Shown: one piece after another, positions 1-9,202 of the stretch
Position numbering within the stretch: the first letter of the stretch is position 1
Layout of the letters: the number at the start of each line of letters is the position of its first letter
Origin: Pseudomonas phage P7869
Direction: 5' to 3' (one strand)
DNA: 52,373 nt
Sequence record: PV173770.1
Program-made: the position numbers and the translations under genes
Notes under the pieces: generated by a model
What the model was told of the DNA's origin: nothing
Seen by the model: only the letters and a program-made list of their open reading frames with translations
Database searches by the model: none

Positions 1-36
1 AGTCACTTTCCATTTCCACAGAATTTAGGTTTCAAG

Positions 37-417
37 ATGGCACGACACAAACAGCCAGATGTCGTCGCCAAGTTCAAAGGCGCCGACAAGAAAAACCCCC
101 AGCGCTACCGGCAGGAGTCGGCAAAGGGAGAGGGGGAGGTCGGCGAAGCGCCCATCCATCTGCAAGGCCCCGCTCGTCTCGCATGGAAAGAGTTGTGCGC
201 TCAGTCGATCAAGGGCGTTCTGACGGGATCGGACCGGATCATCCTGGAGGTCACCGCGAACTTGCTCGCTGAATACCGTGCCAACCCGACAGAGTTCGCG
301 GTTGGCAAGTACACCCATCTGATCGGAAACCTGGCCCGGCTTGGACTAACGCCGTCCGACCGCCAGAAGTTCGGCCTGGAAAAGCCGAAGGAGAAGGACG
401 AGTTCGAGGATTTCTGA
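37..417 (+). CDS. Terminase small subunit, P27-family-like
   Basis: 126-aa basic protein immediately upstream of, and 1 nt from, the large terminase. Sequence resembles the P27 TerS family. It is the first gene after the cos/HNH region. Confidence 0.75.
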   Translation: MARHKQPDVVAKFKGADKKNPQRYRQESAKGEGEVGEAPIHLQGPARLAWKELCAQSIKGVLTGSDRIILEVTANLLAEYRANPTEFAVGKYTHLIGNLARLGLTPSDRQKFGLEKPKEKDEFEDF

Positions 418-418
418 G

Positions 419-2110
419 ATGACCCCCAGCGACATTGCGCGACAGTACGCTAGCGATGTCGTGGGTGGGGGCATCGTTGCGTGCCGGTATGTGAAGTTTG
501 CATGCCAGCGCTTCCTGAATGACTTGGACCGCCAGGGCGATGACGATTGGCCATACGTTTTCGATGAGGCCAAGGCAGATCGTGCTGTCAAGTTCATGCA
601 GCTCATGCCTCACACCAAAGGCAAATGGAGCGCTTCGAAGTCGAAGCTAGTGTTCGAGCCTTGGCAGGTATTCATCGAGGCCAACATCTTCGGCTGGGTG
701 AAGAAGGAAACCGGCAAGCGCAGGTTCCGCGAGGCCTACGAAGAGATTCCCAGGAAGAACGGGAAGTCGGCCCGTCTTGCCGCACGAGGCATTTACCTAT
801 TCGCCGCAGATGGAGAGTCGGGGGCCGAGGTCTACTCCGGCGCCACCACCGAGAAGCAGGCCTTCGAGGTTTTCCGTCCGGCGTGGATGATGGCGCACAA
901 GCTGGAGAACCTGCGTAACCGATTCGGTATCGAGCTTTCTGGCAACCAGAAGAACCCTGGCCCCATGTTCGTCATGGAGGACATGTCGAAGTTCGAGACG
1001 GTTATCGGCAACCCAGGGGACGGTGCGAGTCCCCATGCTGCCCTGGTGGACGAGTACCACGAACACGACACGGATGCCCTGGTTGACACCATGCAGACCG
1101 GCATGGGGGCACGAGAACAGCCATTGCTGTCGATCATTACGACGGCGGGGTCGAATCTCGGCGGCCCATGTTACGAGAAGCGCAGGGATGTGATCCGCAT
1201 TCTCGAGGGGCAGACGATCGATGAGACGATCTTCGGGATCATCTACACGATCGACGAGGATGATCCGTGGGATGACCCGGCCAGCCTGATCAAGGCCAAT
1301 CCGAATTACGGAGTGTCGGTATTCCCTGACTTCCTCCTGGCCCAGCTCCAGCAGGCCAAGCGTTCGGCGTCGAAGCAGAACGCCTTCCGCACCAAGCATC
1401 TGAACCAGTGGGTGGGGGCTAGGACGGTCTGGATGAACATGCTGGCCTGGCAGCGGCAGAAGCGCGACTTCACGATTGCGGACATGGCCGGATGTCGCTG
1501 CTGGATGGCTTTGGACCTTGCCAGCAAGAAAGACGTGGCCGCCCTGGTAATGCTGTTCGAGAAAGCTGGTCAGTTCTACTGCATTCCGCGCTTCTACGCT
1601 CCAGAGGCCGCCGCTGAGGAAAACGAGAAGTATCAGAACTTCGCACTTGAAGGTCACCTGATCCTGACGCCAGGGAGCATGACGGACTACGCCTTTATCG
1701 AGGCAGACATCCTTGACCTAGCAAAACAGATCGACCTACAGGATGCCGCTTTCGACGACTGGCAGGCCAACTACCTGATCACACGCCTCTCGAACACCTC
1801 AATCCCGGTCGTGGACTTCAACCAGACGGTGAAGAACATGAGCGACCCGATGAAGGAGGTGGAGGCGAGGGTGATAGCGCGGACGCTCTGGCATGACGGA
1901 AACCCAGTCATGACCTGGATGATGGGCAACGTGGCGGCAAAGATCGATGCCAAGGAAAACATCTACCCGCGCAAGGAAAACGACAACGACCCCAACTGCA
2001 AGATCGACGGTCCAGTGACCTTGATCATGGCTATGGGGCGCGCCCTGGTTGCCGGCGTTGATGACGGCGACGACTTCATGAACGCCATACGGAACCCGAT
2101 CATCGCATGA
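419..2110 (+). CDS. terL: Terminase large subunit (ATPase + nuclease)
   Basis: 563-aa ORF with terminase_1-like organisation. It is followed by portal, protease and capsid genes in canonical order. Confidence 0.9.
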   Translation: MTPSDIARQYASDVVGGGIVACRYVKFACQRFLNDLDRQGDDDWPYVFDEAKADRAVKFMQLMPHTKGKWSASKSKLVFEPWQVFIEANIFGWVKKETGKRRFREAYEEIPRKNGKSARLAARGIYLFAADGESGAEVYSGATTEKQAFEVFRPAWMMAHKLENLRNRFGIELSGNQKNPGPMFVMEDMSKFETVIGNPGDGASPHAALVDEYHEHDTDALVDTMQTGMGAREQPLLSIITTAGSNLGGPCYEKRRDVIRILEGQTIDETIFGIIYTIDEDDPWDDPASLIKANPNYGVSVFPDFLLAQLQQAKRSASKQNAFRTKHLNQWVGARTVWMNMLAWQRQKRDFTIADMAGCRCWMALDLASKKDVAALVMLFEKAGQFYCIPRFYAPEAAAEENEKYQNFALEGHLILTPGSMTDYAFIEADILDLAKQIDLQDAAFDDWQANYLITRLSNTSIPVVDFNQTVKNMSDPMKEVEARVIARTLWHDGNPVMTWMMGNVAAKIDAKENIYPRKENDNDPNCKIDGPVTLIMAMGRALVAGVDDGDDFMNAIRNPIIA

Positions 2111-2271
2111 ACATCGCTACTGGCCTCTACCTCTTCTTCGGCGTCCTTGGTCTGGCTCTTTTCGTAGTTGGAACCTTCGTGCTGCTGGGGCTCGGCTGGG
2201 CGCTCATTTCCGGTGCGGCGTCGGCGTTCGCCATCGCGGCGTTCATTCGCAAGGGGCTAACCAGTGAGTAA
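2107..2271 (+). CDS. Small hydrophobic protein (54 aa, 2 predicted TM helices)
   Basis: The ATG overlaps the TerL stop (ATGA). Sequence MNIATGLYLFFGVLGLALFVVGTF...AFIRKG fills the gap before the portal. Shorter than the ORF-track cutoff. Confidence 0.3.
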   Translation: MNIATGLYLFFGVLGLALFVVGTFVLLGLGWALISGAASAFAIAAFIRKGLTSE

Positions 2272-3568
2272 GAGTCTCGGAAAAGTCCTGAGCAGTGCTA
2301 CGTCTGCGCCCAGGTCCTCATTGTTCGGCTGGGGGGATAAGACCATACGCCTGACAGATGGCGCATTCTGGTCGCAGTTCCTGGGGCGAGAGTCGTCTAG
2401 CGGGAAAAAGGTCACTGTCGACAAGGCAATGAAGCTGTCTGCGGTATGGGCTTGCGTTCGCTTGATCTCTACTTCTGTCGCCGGTCTTCCGCTTGGAGTG
2501 TACGAGCGGAAAGCGGACGGAAGCAGAGTCGATGCTCGGTCGTTCCCGCTCTACGATGTTGTTCACAACAGCCCCAATGACGACATGACGGCCTTCCAGT
2601 TCTGGCAGGCCATGGTCGCATCAATGCTGCTTTGGGGGAACGCATACGCGGAGATTCGCCGCGCTGCGGGCAGACCGGCTGCGTTGGACTTCCTGCTTCC
2701 ATCGAGGATCGACCTGGAGTGTGATGACAACGGTCGGCTGAAGTACTTCTATACGCCAAAGAAGGGGGCTCGTAGAGAGATCGAGCGTACCAACATGCTG
2801 CACATCCCGGCGTTCACGCTGGATGGTCGAATTGGTCTCTCTGCAATCAGGTACGGAGTTGATGTCTTCGGCTCGGTCATGTCGGCGGAGGACGCAGCCA
2901 ACGGCACATTCAAGAACGGACTTCTACCCACGGTCGCCTTCAAGGTTGATCGCATTCTCCAGCCTGCGCAGCGGGAGGAGTTCAGGGAGTATGTGAAGTC
3001 CGTATCGGGCGCGATGAACTCCGGAAGATCCCCGGTTCTGGAGCAGGGGATTACCCCTGAAACCATCGGCATCAATCCGGTCGATGCTCAGTTGCTGGAG
3101 ACGCGAGAGCATGGAGTGATCGAGATTTGCAGATGGTTCGGGGTTCCGCCCTGGATGATTGGTCAGACCGACAAAGGGAGTAACTGGGGGACCGGGCTTG
3201 AACAGCAGATGCTCGCGTTCCTGACATTCTCGATCAGTTCGATCACCAATCAGATTCAGCAGTGCGTCAACAAGCGGCTGCTAACTGCGCCCGAGCGGAT
3301 TCGCTATTACGCCGAGTTTTCCCTTGAGGGATTCCTGAAAGCTGATAGCGCGGGTCGCGCTGCCTGGTACAGCACCATGGCGCAAAACGGATTCATGACT
3401 CGCAATGAAGGTCGCCGGAAAGAGAACCTTCCAGAGCTTCCCGGCGGCGACATCCTGACTGTGCAATCCAACCTTGTCCCCCTCGACCAACTCGGTCAAT
3501 CCAATGAGAGCCAGGCGGTTCGCGCCGCACTCATGAACTGGCTCAGCCAGCCAGAACCACAGGAGTAA
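2264..3568 (+). CDS. Portal protein, HK97 family
   Basis: 434 aa with a GTG start, lying between the terminase and prohead protease genes. HK97-type portal sequence features. Confidence 0.9.
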   Translation: MSKSLGKVLSSATSAPRSSLFGWGDKTIRLTDGAFWSQFLGRESSSGKKVTVDKAMKLSAVWACVRLISTSVAGLPLGVYERKADGSRVDARSFPLYDVVHNSPNDDMTAFQFWQAMVASMLLWGNAYAEIRRAAGRPAALDFLLPSRIDLECDDNGRLKYFYTPKKGARREIERTNMLHIPAFTLDGRIGLSAIRYGVDVFGSVMSAEDAANGTFKNGLLPTVAFKVDRILQPAQREEFREYVKSVSGAMNSGRSPVLEQGITPETIGINPVDAQLLETREHGVIEICRWFGVPPWMIGQTDKGSNWGTGLEQQMLAFLTFSISSITNQIQQCVNKRLLTAPERIRYYAEFSLEGFLKADSAGRAAWYSTMAQNGFMTRNEGRRKENLPELPGGDILTVQSNLVPLDQLGQSNESQAVRAALMNWLSQPEPQE

Positions 3569-3571
3569 CCC

Positions 3572-4462
3572 ATGACTCTGCGAAATCTTCCGGCAGCGCC
3601 GGAGGCTCGCCCGCGCTCGGGCGTCCAGTGCGACCTGGCGCCAAAAGCGCTGGATGCATGGCGTCCTGAGCTTCGCGCCGCGTCCGGCGATAACCCCGAC
3701 ACCACCATCACCATCTACGAGCCCATCGGTTATGACTGGTGGACCGGCGAGGGCGTAACCGCGAAACGCATTGCCGGTGCGCTGCGCGCCATCGGCGGCG
3801 ATGTCGATGTGACCGTGAATATCAATAGTCCGGGCGGCGACGTGTTCGAGGGGCTGGCGATTTACAACCTGCTGCGCGAGCACAAGGGCAAGGTCTCGGT
3901 GAACATCATCGGATTGGCTGCCTCTGCCGCCTCCTTTATCGCCATGGCAGGGGATGAAATCCGCATTGGCCGCGCCGCCTTCCTGATGATCCACAACGCC
4001 TGGCTGATCGCCATGGGCAATCGGAACGACCTGCGTGAGATCGCCGACTGGCTGGAGCCATTCGACATGACGCTGGCTGACATTTACGCGCAGCGCACCG
4101 GCATCGATATCGACGACATCGTGAAGCAGATGGACGCCGAGACCTGGATCGGCGGGCGCGAAGCCGTCGACAAGGGGTGGGCAGATGCCTTCCTGGAATC
4201 CGACGAGATCTCCAGTGCGCCGAGCAACCGCAGTGAAGCCATCTTGGCCAAGCGCCGGATGGATGCCGCTCTGGCTCGCAGCGGCATGCCGCGAAGCCAG
4301 CGCAATGAACTCATCAATGACTTCAAGACCAGCATGCTTGGCGCTGCTGGCGGGGGTGGTGACACCCCGACCGATATGCCTGGCGCTGTCGCTCCTGACC
4401 TCTCCGCTGCACTACGGGCAGCACAAGACATCACTAAATTCCTCCAAGGAGAATCGCAATGA
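3572..4462 (+). CDS. Prohead maturation protease (ClpP/S14-like)
   Basis: Motifs TITIYEPIGYDWW, NSPGGDV and GLAASAASFIAMAG are typical of ClpP-like head proteases. Lies between portal and capsid. Confidence 0.85.
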   Translation: MTLRNLPAAPEARPRSGVQCDLAPKALDAWRPELRAASGDNPDTTITIYEPIGYDWWTGEGVTAKRIAGALRAIGGDVDVTVNINSPGGDVFEGLAIYNLLREHKGKVSVNIIGLAASAASFIAMAGDEIRIGRAAFLMIHNAWLIAMGNRNDLREIADWLEPFDMTLADIYAQRTGIDIDDIVKQMDAETWIGGREAVDKGWADAFLESDEISSAPSNRSEAILAKRRMDAALARSGMPRSQRNELINDFKTSMLGAAGGGGDTPTDMPGAVAPDLSAALRAAQDITKFLQGESQ

Positions 4463-5646
4463 GCGACTTCGAGAAACAAATCGGCGAACTGAACACCAGC
4501 CTCAAGCAGGTCGGCGATCAGATCAAGGCCCAGGCCGAACAGGTCAACACCCAAATCGCCAACTTCGGCGAGATGAACAAGGAAACCCGAGCCAAGGTCG
4601 ACGAACTGCTGACCGCTCAGGGCGAACTGCAAGCACGGCTGAGCGCCGCAGAACAAGCCATGCTGGCCAACGAGAAGCGTGACGGCGGCGAGGAAGCACC
4701 GAAGACCGCCGGCCAAATGGTCGCAGAGAGCCTGAAAGAGCAGGGTGTAACCAGCTCCCTGCGCGGTTCGCATCGCGTATCCATGCCGCGCTCGGCCATC
4801 ACCTCCATCGACAGCTCTGGCGGTGCCCTGGTTGCTCCTGATCGTCGCCCCGGTGTCGTTGCCGCTCCGCAGCGTCGACTGACCATCCGCGACCTGGTTG
4901 CGCCGGGCACCACTGAATCGAACTCCGTCGAGTACGTTCGCGAGACCGGCTTCGTCAACAATGCCGCTCCTGTTTCGGAAGGCACCCAGAAGCCGTACTC
5001 GGACCTGACCTTCGAGCTGGAAAACGCGCCGGTTCGCACCATCGCCCACTTGTTCAAGGCAAGTCGCCAGATCCTGGACGACGCATCGGCCTTGCAGAGC
5101 TACATCGATGCGCGCGCTCGTTACGGCCTGATGTTGGTCGAAGAAGGTCAACTGCTCTACGGAAACGGAACCGGTGCCAATCTGCACGGCATCATTCCGC
5201 AGGCACAGGCCTACGCTCCGCCGAGCGGCGTAGTGGTGACTGCCGAGCAGCGAATCGACCGCATCCGCCTGGCGATCCTTCAGGCGCAACTGGCCGAGTT
5301 CCCGGCCAGCGGTATCGTGCTCAACCCCATCGACTGGGCGCTGATCGAGCTGACCAAGGACGCCGAGAACCGCTACATCATCGGCAGCCCGCAGAACGGC
5401 ACCACTCCGACCCTCTGGCGTCTGCCGGTGGTGGAAACCCAGGCCATCACTCAGGACGAGTTCCTGACCGGAGCTTTCTCGCTCGGCGCCCAGATATTCG
5501 ACCGCATGGACATCGAGGTTTTGGTTTCCACCGAGAACGACAAGGACTTCGAGAACAACATGGTCACTATCCGCGCTGAGGAGCGGCTGGCCTTCGCGGT
5601 CTATCGCCCCGAGGCTTTCGTGACTGGTTCGCTGACCGCCAGCTGA
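4459..5646 (+). CDS. Major capsid protein, HK97 fold, with N-terminal coiled-coil delta/scaffold domain
   Basis: 395 aa. N-terminal coiled coil (QIGELNTSLKQVGDQIKAQAEQV) is followed by an HK97 MCP-like body. Gene order supports the call. Confidence 0.9.
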   Translation: MSDFEKQIGELNTSLKQVGDQIKAQAEQVNTQIANFGEMNKETRAKVDELLTAQGELQARLSAAEQAMLANEKRDGGEEAPKTAGQMVAESLKEQGVTSSLRGSHRVSMPRSAITSIDSSGGALVAPDRRPGVVAAPQRRLTIRDLVAPGTTESNSVEYVRETGFVNNAAPVSEGTQKPYSDLTFELENAPVRTIAHLFKASRQILDDASALQSYIDARARYGLMLVEEGQLLYGNGTGANLHGIIPQAQAYAPPSGVVVTAEQRIDRIRLAILQAQLAEFPASGIVLNPIDWALIELTKDAENRYIIGSPQNGTTPTLWRLPVVETQAITQDEFLTGAFSLGAQIFDRMDIEVLVSTENDKDFENNMVTIRAEERLAFAVYRPEAFVTGSLTAS

Positions 5647-5685
5647 CTGGAAGGGGCCGGTCTCCCGGCCCCCTCTTTCTTTGAG

Positions 5686-5979
5686 GTGATTATGTCTGAC
5701 GTAATGATCAAGCCGGTTCGTTCATACCTGGATGGCGGTCGTGTGAGAAAGGCTGGTGGTGATGCATACCTCGCATCCGAGTACCTGGCTCGCCAGTTGG
5801 TGGCGCGCGGACTTTGCCAGATTGTGGAATCAGAGATCCCAAAGCCTGTGGCTGGCGAGTCGCTGTCTGCCTCGCAAGTGGCCCCAGCCTCACAGCAGAA
5901 GACTGCGAACGAGTCCGAGAGTGGCGGAACTCCTCGCCGCAGAGGGCGGCCATCTGCACGAACACAACGTTCCGACTGA
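5686..5979 (+). CDS. Hypothetical protein (97 aa), C-terminal half disordered/basic
   Basis: ORF directly after the capsid gene. It overlaps the next ORF by 165 nt in another frame (see findings). Confidence 0.3.
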   Translation: MIMSDVMIKPVRSYLDGGRVRKAGGDAYLASEYLARQLVARGLCQIVESEIPKPVAGESLSASQVAPASQQKTANESESGGTPRRRGRPSARTQRSD

Positions 5980-6410
5980 CTCCCTGGGCTGATGCGCTGT
6001 GGGCAATGGATAAAGTCTGGTGGGAGAGATACGCCGCCGAGGCTAAAGCAAACTTCTGCGGTGAGCTTCTGACACTCAGCGCCAATCCCTTCGGCATCAA
6101 AACGGCACGCATTGAGCACTACAGGAACTCAGGCGGCGGCGCAGTTTCTTTGGCCATAGCCAGGGGCGCCAAGCGAATCATCCTTCTCGGCTACGACATG
6201 CAGAAAACTGGCGGGATGTCTCACTGGCATGGTGATCACCCCAGAGGGCTGGGTAGTGCAGGGAAGATATCCGAGTGGCCGGTAGAGTTCGAAAACCTGA
6301 AGCGCAAGAACCCTGGGATAGAAATCATCAATTGCACACGCGAAACGGCGCTTACCTGTTTCGCGCGTAGACCGCTGGAGGACGCGCTGAATGAGCCTGA
6401 TCCCGCTTGA
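5814..6410 (+). CDS. DUF115/MptE (Maf)-like putative glycosyltransferase
   Basis: Motif VAVCLASGPSL (the GPSL signature) and a C-terminal GGGAVSLAIARGAKRIILLGYDM match the MptE/Maf-like family pattern. The only in-frame start is TTG 5814, or else ATG 6006. Confidence 0.45.
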   Translation: MPDCGIRDPKACGWRVAVCLASGPSLTAEDCERVREWRNSSPQRAAICTNTTFRLTPWADALWAMDKVWWERYAAEAKANFCGELLTLSANPFGIKTARIEHYRNSGGGAVSLAIARGAKRIILLGYDMQKTGGMSHWHGDHPRGLGSAGKISEWPVEFENLKRKNPGIEIINCTRETALTCFARRPLEDALNEPDPA

Positions 6411-6711
6411 TACGGCAAAGTCCTTTCTTGATGTGATCCACGATTGGGATGACGCCAAGCTCCAGTTGCTGCTGGATGGAGCGGAGGACGAGGCCTGCCA
6501 GTTCATGTGGCGCCAGTCCCTTGATGGCCTTTGCAACTGCGAAGAGAGCAGTGAGGCTGTCAGTAGCGAACCGGGACTTCCGCCTAGCGTGGTCATCGGA
6601 GTGCTTCTTTTGCTTCAGGCCAGCTATCAGGCTGCTCCCGAAGAAATCGCAACGCTGCGCAAGGCGGCCGAAGTGAAGCTGATGCCGTACAGATGCGGCT
6701 TGGGGGTTTGA
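6391..6711 (+). CDS. Head-tail connector protein (gp6-like)
   Basis: 106 aa. LDTAKSFLDVIHDWDDAKLQLLLDGAEDEACQF is typical of gp6-like DNA-packaging/connector proteins. Confidence 0.7.
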   Translation: MSLIPLDTAKSFLDVIHDWDDAKLQLLLDGAEDEACQFMWRQSLDGLCNCEESSEAVSSEPGLPPSVVIGVLLLLQASYQAAPEEIATLRKAAEVKLMPYRCGLGV

Positions 6712-7068
6712 ATGCTGGCCTACCGTATGCGCCACCGCATTCAGTTTCAGCGGCAGGTCCACACACAAGACCCTGACACGGGAGAAGAGACGACGACCTG
6801 GGAGACGGTTCTGTTCTCCGGTCACGCTGACCTGCCCGCAGAGGTTCTGACTGGACCGGGGCGCGAGTTGATCGCCGCAGACGCTACGCAGGCGGAGACC
6901 ACTGCCAGGATCAACTGTCGGTGGTTCCCCGTTGAGCGGTTGGAACTGTACACCTGGCGGGTCATCTGGGATGGCAGGGTCTACAACATCACCAGCGCAG
7001 AGACCGATGTCACCGCTCGCCGTGAATGGAGACTGCGCTGTTCTGATGGATTGACGGACGGTCGGTAA
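6712..7068 (+). CDS. Head closure / head-tail adaptor (SPP1 gp16 / gp7-like)
   Basis: 118 aa. MRHRIQFQRQV...W..V.W...VY pattern of head-tail joining proteins. Confidence 0.7.
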   Translation: MLAYRMRHRIQFQRQVHTQDPDTGEETTTWETVLFSGHADLPAEVLTGPGRELIAADATQAETTARINCRWFPVERLELYTWRVIWDGRVYNITSAETDVTARREWRLRCSDGLTDGR

Positions 7069-7186
7069 CTATTTGGCCCGAAAGGGCGCTCAACACGCAG
7101 CTAGGCCCGTACAGCCGAACGGCGGATGTCGCTCATCCGTCCGCCCCGCTGCGTTTCTATTCGCCTGATGAGCGAGGTAACGACAG

Positions 7187-7759
7187 ATGCGCGACAGTAA
7201 TGTTTTCGAGATTAAGAGATTGGCTGATGGGCTGGACGCTGCTTTGAAGGCGACCGATGCCTATGAGTACCTAATAGATCGGATAGCCGCTGTCTTCCTG
7301 AAATGCAGCCTCGTCCGAACTGTCGGCCTATTCGATGAGATGGCAGTCCTCGAAGCGATCAACGAGATCGATCTTTGCATCAAAGCCTCTGGCGAAGACT
7401 CGCGCGTCGCGGGCTTGTGTCGCTACGCTTTGGAGCTATCTGGCGTAGGGGAAAACGAATTGATGATCGACGGTGACGGGAAGGTGAAGCGCCGCATGGT
7501 TTACTTCATTCGGAACAGTCGTGGATCGATCAAGATCGGTTCGAGTATGAATGTCGAGGATCGCCTACATCAGCTTGAAACTGGAGCTGGCGAACGCCTC
7601 GAACTTATAGCCTCTGTACCAGGATCCTTCGGTGCGGAGCGAGAGCTACACGCGCGGTTTACTGGTTTGCGCGAGCATGGCGAATGGTTCAGCCCTGGGG
7701 AGGAATTGCTGGAGTACATCAACCAGCTTCAATTGACCTTCGGCCTCGACGCCGCCTAA
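7187..7759 (+). CDS. GIY-YIG (T5orf172-type) domain protein with unknown N-terminal domain
   Basis: C-terminal VYFIRNSRGSIKIGSS...ERLHQLETGAGERLELIA...AERELHARF...EWF is a GIY-YIG/T5orf172 signature. It has its own upstream intergenic region and a downstream terminator. Confidence 0.6.
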   Translation: MRDSNVFEIKRLADGLDAALKATDAYEYLIDRIAAVFLKCSLVRTVGLFDEMAVLEAINEIDLCIKASGEDSRVAGLCRYALELSGVGENELMIDGDGKVKRRMVYFIRNSRGSIKIGSSMNVEDRLHQLETGAGERLELIASVPGSFGAERELHARFTGLREHGEWFSPGEELLEYINQLQLTFGLDAA

Positions 7760-7779
7760 CCCAATCGCGACGAACGAAA

Positions 7780-7800
7780 GCCCGCCTTGAGCGGGCTTCG
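7780..7800 (+). terminator. Intrinsic terminator-like hairpin (GCCCGC-cttga-GCGGGC) plus U-rich tail
   Basis: Stem-loop seen directly after the 7759 stop. It is part of the repeated junction module (see findings). Confidence 0.55.
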
Positions 7801-7820
7801 TCGTTTCTGGAGATCATGAA

Positions 7821-8183
7821 ATGACCGACCAAGCAATCGAGCAAGAAATCCAGGCCAAGGGCCTGACCGCTCCCCGCATCACGCCTGCTGACGTTGAGGC
7901 GAACATCGTGGGTGAATACTTCTTCACTGCCGAGGATGGGGTGAAGACCGCTTTCAACCAGCAGGATGAGCTGACGCGTTTGACGGGATACCACGCCGAG
8001 CTGGGATTGCTGACCTTCTGCGTACTGGTACTGAAGAACGGCTTCACCGTCACCGGCGAGTCGGCCTGTGCGAGCCCGGCGAACTTCGACGCGGAGATCG
8101 GCCGGAAAATCTCCCGGCAGAATGCCGTCTCCAAAATCTGGCCACTGATGGGCTACGAACTGCGTAGCAGACTGGCTGACTGA
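7821..8183 (+). CDS. Gp49-like phage protein (Phage_gp49_66-type)
   Basis: LTFCVLVLKNGFTVTGESACASPANFDAEIGRKISRQNAVSKIWPLMGYELR is the hallmark of this family. Confidence 0.5.
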   Translation: MTDQAIEQEIQAKGLTAPRITPADVEANIVGEYFFTAEDGVKTAFNQQDELTRLTGYHAELGLLTFCVLVLKNGFTVTGESACASPANFDAEIGRKISRQNAVSKIWPLMGYELRSRLAD

Positions 8184-8186
8184 TCC

Positions 8187-9020
8187 ATGCTGATCCGTGG
8201 AATGCTCGGCCTCGGCGACTCGATCTATTCCAGGGCATTCCTGAGGAAGTACCCAGGCGCATTCCTCGAAACACCCTGGCCAGAGCTTTACCTCGACCTC
8301 GACGTGAAGTGCGTTCGCCCGGCGACGCAGTTGAGAACCCAGGCCAAGAACATCCAGCGCGAGCACGACTGGCACCGCCCTGTCGGCGGCGGCCAAATGC
8401 GCATCGCCTACGGCCGAGACCCGATCATTCAGGGGCTGCGCAAGGCGTTCCGTTGCGAACCCGGCGAGTTCGACCTGCCGGACTTTGGTCCTCCGCCAGT
8501 CGATGGGCGCTATGTGCTGGTTCGCCCAGCCACGGTTCGCGCTGAGTGGCGCGCAGACACGCGCAACCCACTGCCCGAGTACATCGCCAGCGCTGCCTCA
8601 GAGATGCGCCGCAGGGGCTGGAAAGTGGTTTCCGTGGCAGACCTGGAGCCGGGCAAGGAATGGGCGCTTGATCCACTCCCGCCGGCAGACATCCAGTTCC
8701 ACAAGGGCGAACTGCCGGTTGAACAACTGCTGGCGCTGCTCCAGCACGCAGATGCCGTGATTGGCGGCATCGGCTGGATCGTTCCGGCCGCCATAGCCGC
8801 CAAGGTGCCGGCCTGGATCATCTGCGGCGGCCAGGGCGGCTACAACTCGCCGGAACACATCACCGACAAGTGCATGGACCTGTCCCGCATCACCTTCGCG
8901 GTCCCCGACAGGTTCTGCCGCTGCACCCTCAAAGAACACAACTGCGACAAGAGAATCACCGACTACGAAAGAAAATTTTCGAAGTGGGCTGACGCACTTC
9001 AAATCGAGATGACACCATGA
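8187..9020 (+). CDS. GT9-like (heptosyltransferase-fold) glycosyltransferase
   Basis: N-terminal GLGDSIYSRAFLRKYPGA resembles the GT9 GDxxxxxPxxxxL motif. C-terminal LLALLQHADAVIGGIGWIVPAAIAAKVPAWIICGG resembles the GT9 acceptor/ADP-heptose binding region. Confidence 0.5.
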   Translation: MLIRGMLGLGDSIYSRAFLRKYPGAFLETPWPELYLDLDVKCVRPATQLRTQAKNIQREHDWHRPVGGGQMRIAYGRDPIIQGLRKAFRCEPGEFDLPDFGPPPVDGRYVLVRPATVRAEWRADTRNPLPEYIASAASEMRRRGWKVVSVADLEPGKEWALDPLPPADIQFHKGELPVEQLLALLQHADAVIGGIGWIVPAAIAAKVPAWIICGGQGGYNSPEHITDKCMDLSRITFAVPDRFCRCTLKEHNCDKRITDYERKFSKWADALQIEMTP

Positions 9021-9202
9021 CCACGAAATACGCTCTCGGCTCCGATGAGGGATTGATCCCGACTGTTGACCTCGAATCGCTCTCTTCCTATTTGGTTGAC
9101 GGTCGGGAGTATGTTGACCTTTGCCTGACAGAAGCAGGTTACGAACGACTCAAACAGCACTTCTTCCGCTTGTTCGAAAGTGAGCAGGAGGGCCAGGCAT
9201 GA
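9017..9202 (+). CDS. Hypothetical protein (61 aa)
   Basis: Translationally coupled between the GT9-like and methyltransferase genes. Confidence 0.3.
   Translation: MTTKYALGSDEGLIPTVDLESLSSYLVDGREYVDLCLTEAGYERLKQHFFRLFESEQEGQA

Noticed and set aside
625-1657. Several ORFs (625..918 plus, 797..1657 minus, 832..1137 minus) inside terL
   Set aside because: They are embedded in, or antisense to, a well-supported terminase gene. They are typical GC-rich spurious frames.
4084-5289. 401-aa minus-strand ORF antisense to protease/capsid genes
   Set aside because: It is antisense to two high-confidence structural genes and has low-complexity Ala/Arg/Gly content.
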